Assembly (NCBI GenBank): GCA_030141605.1
Contig: JAQGDQ010000632.1
Span: forward strand, 58,316 to 122,315
Length of the DNA: 64,000 nucleotides
Source: Tubiluchus corallicola
Taxonomy: Eukaryota; Animalia; Priapulida
Reading direction: 5' to 3'
Part shown: positions 60,727 to 64,000 of the stretch, piece by piece
How the letters are laid out: every line of letters begins with the position of its first letter
Numbering within the stretch: the first letter of the stretch is position 1
Program-made: the position numbers and the translations under genes
Notes under the pieces: generated by a model
The model's database searches: none
Seen by the model: the letters and a program-made list of their open reading frames with translations, nothing else
Told to the model about the DNA's origin: nothing

Positions 60727-62599
60727 TAGAAAAAACGATAAATAACAGCAAACATTACTAGTCTTACATAAAGTTTCATTTGCGAGACTTAAAATGTTTA
60801 GTTTTTCAATTCAATTTAAATTTTCTCTGTTTATAACATCCACTGTCTAAGCTTTAGAGTTTAGACGTAACATCCGGTATTGCAAATGCGTGGTTAAAAA
60901 TTTTCTCATAGTCAGATAAACAGTAAGATTTAAACAAAGTATATGTTATAATAATATAGTGTACGTAACATATAAAAAAGTCACATTATAGCTCTAATCA
61001 AATTTAAAGATGGATTTTTGCTCCCACTAAGGGAGAACATATATCAGTAGTAAAACTGTCTGTTTCAATCCTAGATGTTACACCTTCAATAAATTATGTT
61101 TAAACCAGAAGCAGATAACTGAAAAGAACGTGGTTTAGTAACCAAAAAGTTAACAATCAAAGATTTATGAGCCAATAAATAATTGCATAAAAACGTAATG
61201 ACAATTATAATACAATTTTTACGTTAGCAGCTTCAAAACAAGACAAGCACAATCACAAACAGTATACCAAATTGAGAAAGATTAAAGAAAATTGATTTCC
61301 TACCGTTTTCCAACGATATTTGCTCCCAGTTCAGAGCAGAAATGTCAGACTGTTTCTTCAACTAACTTTTTTATCTGCTTTTGCCTTTAATACAATGTCC
61401 GGCAACACAAATAAATGCGCCTTTTTATGTTCTTCAAGTCTTACACTAATTTCTCTATCCTGTAGATTATTGCTGATGCACTTTTCAGTGTTCAAATTCG
61501 GTTTTAATTACACTCCTTTGCTGTCTATATAGCTCACGCTGAAAAACCATTTTTTCCATGTGTGTACAGTTTCACTGCATTTTCTTTTAGTCTTCAGTTA
61601 TCAAGTTTCATCCATTAATATCATATTGGACATTTTAGAGGTCGAGTCTTGGCAGACGCCTGATGCCAAATCTTTCGTCCAATCAGCGCGCAGAACGTCA
61701 TCGGCTGAGGCGAAAAGAGGAAAAGTAAGCGGGCCGTTCATTGTGCTAGTTTCGCTGATTAGGAATTGAGGGCAATAAACTCCGTTGTCCCCTAGCGCAT
61801 TGGCAGCACAGGCCTTGGCATGTAATGCGTTGCCTTTCATACGCCACACAACAGATTTGTAAACAATATTTCGGTGCCGTACTGTATGATGAAATAATTA
61901 TGGAATCTAAGCGGTGGGATTTCGGTGCCGTACTGTATCATGGAATGATTATGGAATCTGAGCGGTGGGATTTCGGTGCCGTACTGTATGATGAAATAAT
62001 TATGGAATCATAGCGGTGGGATGCAGTGAATCATTAGCCAGCTCTGAGAAATCTAAAATAAGGCAAACAATTCTAAGAAAGCTAAATTACGGTTTGCAGT
62101 GAATAGTTAATTCAGCATTAAAAAGAAGGCGCTTTCCTTACGAATGAATTATGAATGAAAGTTCGCTGAAAGAGTGTAATGACGAAGAGCGTTTAAAAAT
62201 AGCTGATCATGCTTGACACAGCGCGTGCGTAATACCCAAAGTTTAGCAACACTGAGCCTAATCGGTAAATAGGTGGGTGAATACCGAGATTACCATATTG
62301 CCCTCGATTGCTCATTTCCTTGAGAATATCAATAGTTTATCAAAGCACCATGTAAATATAGACAACAAGGGGAAATTAAACACGAAAAACGTATAATGTT
62401 TGAATTTCAGGAATATCAACAGATAGCAAACTTGACTTCATGGCTTTAACTTGCTTATTTAATTTTTCTTCGCGTCTCTTTCACTCGCATCTACTTCTTT
62501 AGAATCTGAACTAATAGGGCAGAATACATGTTTTCAGATCCGAACGAGACCCGAAAGTTTGCACACAACAATCTCCTTGTTAAAGCCCTGCTTTATAGC
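60727..62599 (-). repeat. Right arm of the long inverted repeat
   Basis: Mirror of 56604-58428 with scattered substitutions and one extra 51-bp unit. Confidence 0.97.
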
Positions 62600-62619
62600 C
62601 TTTATAAGGAAACAGCTCA

Positions 62620-64000
62620 CTTTGTACTTGATTTTGATCTACATCCAGCAGCAGGATTTTGGTGCAACATAAAAATAATCTCACCAGTGCCTGTCCTTAT
62701 GGCATTGAAGTGCAGGACTTAAGAGAGGATGGACTTACTACAGTTTTGCAATGACCACTGTCCGGGATGAGGCAATGACTTTCCCTCAATCTCTACATTG
62801 TGAAAGAGCTACCTTTATGGGAAACTGATGAAAGATTGTTACATATTCGAGAGATGAATGTAGGACTTCAGAATACTGAGATACCCTAGTCACCCATCCA
62901 ACAACTTAGCAATCTTGAAGCTCCTTAACCATAGAGATAGACTTCCTGAGCTCATAGAGATAGACTTCCCGAGCTCACGAATTTAGCCGCAGAATTAAGC
63001 TGAACACAAAAGTCGTCTAAACTCTTTTTCTAAAATGCATTACTTTGAAATAATTTTGAACAGGAAAAGGAGAGTCTTCATCCAAAGAAAATTATAATGA
63101 GAGACGGGGAAAGGAAAAAAGTCGATTTAATTATAAGCAATCGATAAATGCACTAACTTAATTGTGATCTTATCTTTCCTGCATTATATTACGTAATTCA
63201 TGTTAGTTAATTTATAATTTCTGCATTGTATTACGCAAGTATCCTTAATTAATAGTTTGTGGAGTGACTATTTGGCTGAGTATCAGGCAGTTCCGAGTTC
63301 AATGCCTAGGGAAGATATTTCAGATTTTTTTCTGTCAGTGACTAACCATAAATCTAAGCAGTAGTACCTTATGGAATGCAAAATACTAGTCGAGTACATA
63401 TGGTTGCCTAAAAGTTTGGCACAGATGAATAGACAAAAATATTCAATTATCACGAATTATTATTTCAATGCTCTCCAAAATCACAGCAACTTGGTCAGTT
63501 TCACTTTTAGATCAAGGCGTAAATAGGATAGGCCTAGCTTTGAGATCAAAGGTGTCTTAAACGAACGCGCCATTTCTGTGCTAATTTATTCGTGCCATTT
63601 ATACTTGCGCTGATGGACCTTTAATTACTTAGAAGTTCAAGCGTCTATTGTCTGCAGAACTTCACAGCGCTGAACGTGTAAGAAAATAGAAAACGCACCT
63701 TACAAGAAGGATTAAAGAGTTATATAATCATCTTTGCGTCTATAATATGCAAGGGTTTTATTCAAAAATCTTTGCACTTTAATCTCGCAAGCTTTTTCAC
63801 TTTAGCGAATGCACTTCTCTTTTCGTGTGTTTGACGTTCACTCTATCTTTTTCAAAATCTTTTTATATTTATTGTGTATTGTTTATCTGATTCAGTATGG
63901 GCCCCGGGTAGGTCTGTAATATGAAACAAAAAAGAGACCCTTGACATAATGTATGTAATAATGCATTTATAATAATAATACGCAAAAATATTTCCTATGA
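62620..64000 (+). repeat. Direct duplication, copy 2, running off the window
   Basis: Matches 54592-55972. Confidence 0.97.

Noticed and set aside
57305-61849. Identical 82-aa ORFs at 57305(+) and 61849(-)
   Set aside because: Identity follows from the inverted repeat; non-ATG start and no recognisable domain.

Overview
AT-rich animal (invertebrate, probably arthropod-like) genomic DNA. The first 38 kb is gene-dense: the 3' part of a LAR-type receptor tyrosine phosphatase with no introns over 3.7 kb, a 13-exon XPG/ERCC5 gene (two minor-spliceosome U12 introns, one GT-AG and one AT-AC, plus a GC-AG intron), intronless POC1 and CRK, and a spliced FBXO36 on the minus strand whose possible 3' exons would enclose both CRK and POC1. 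A heat-shock-element plus TATA module with no evident ORF lies just upstream of XPG, facing away from it. The last 26 kb has no recognisable CDS. It holds MITEs, mini- and microsatellites, 5S-like fragments, a 1.8-kb-arm inverted repeat and a near-identical direct duplication at 8028-bp offset. No prokaryotic-type system (CRISPR etc.) is seen. All calls are by eye with no database search.
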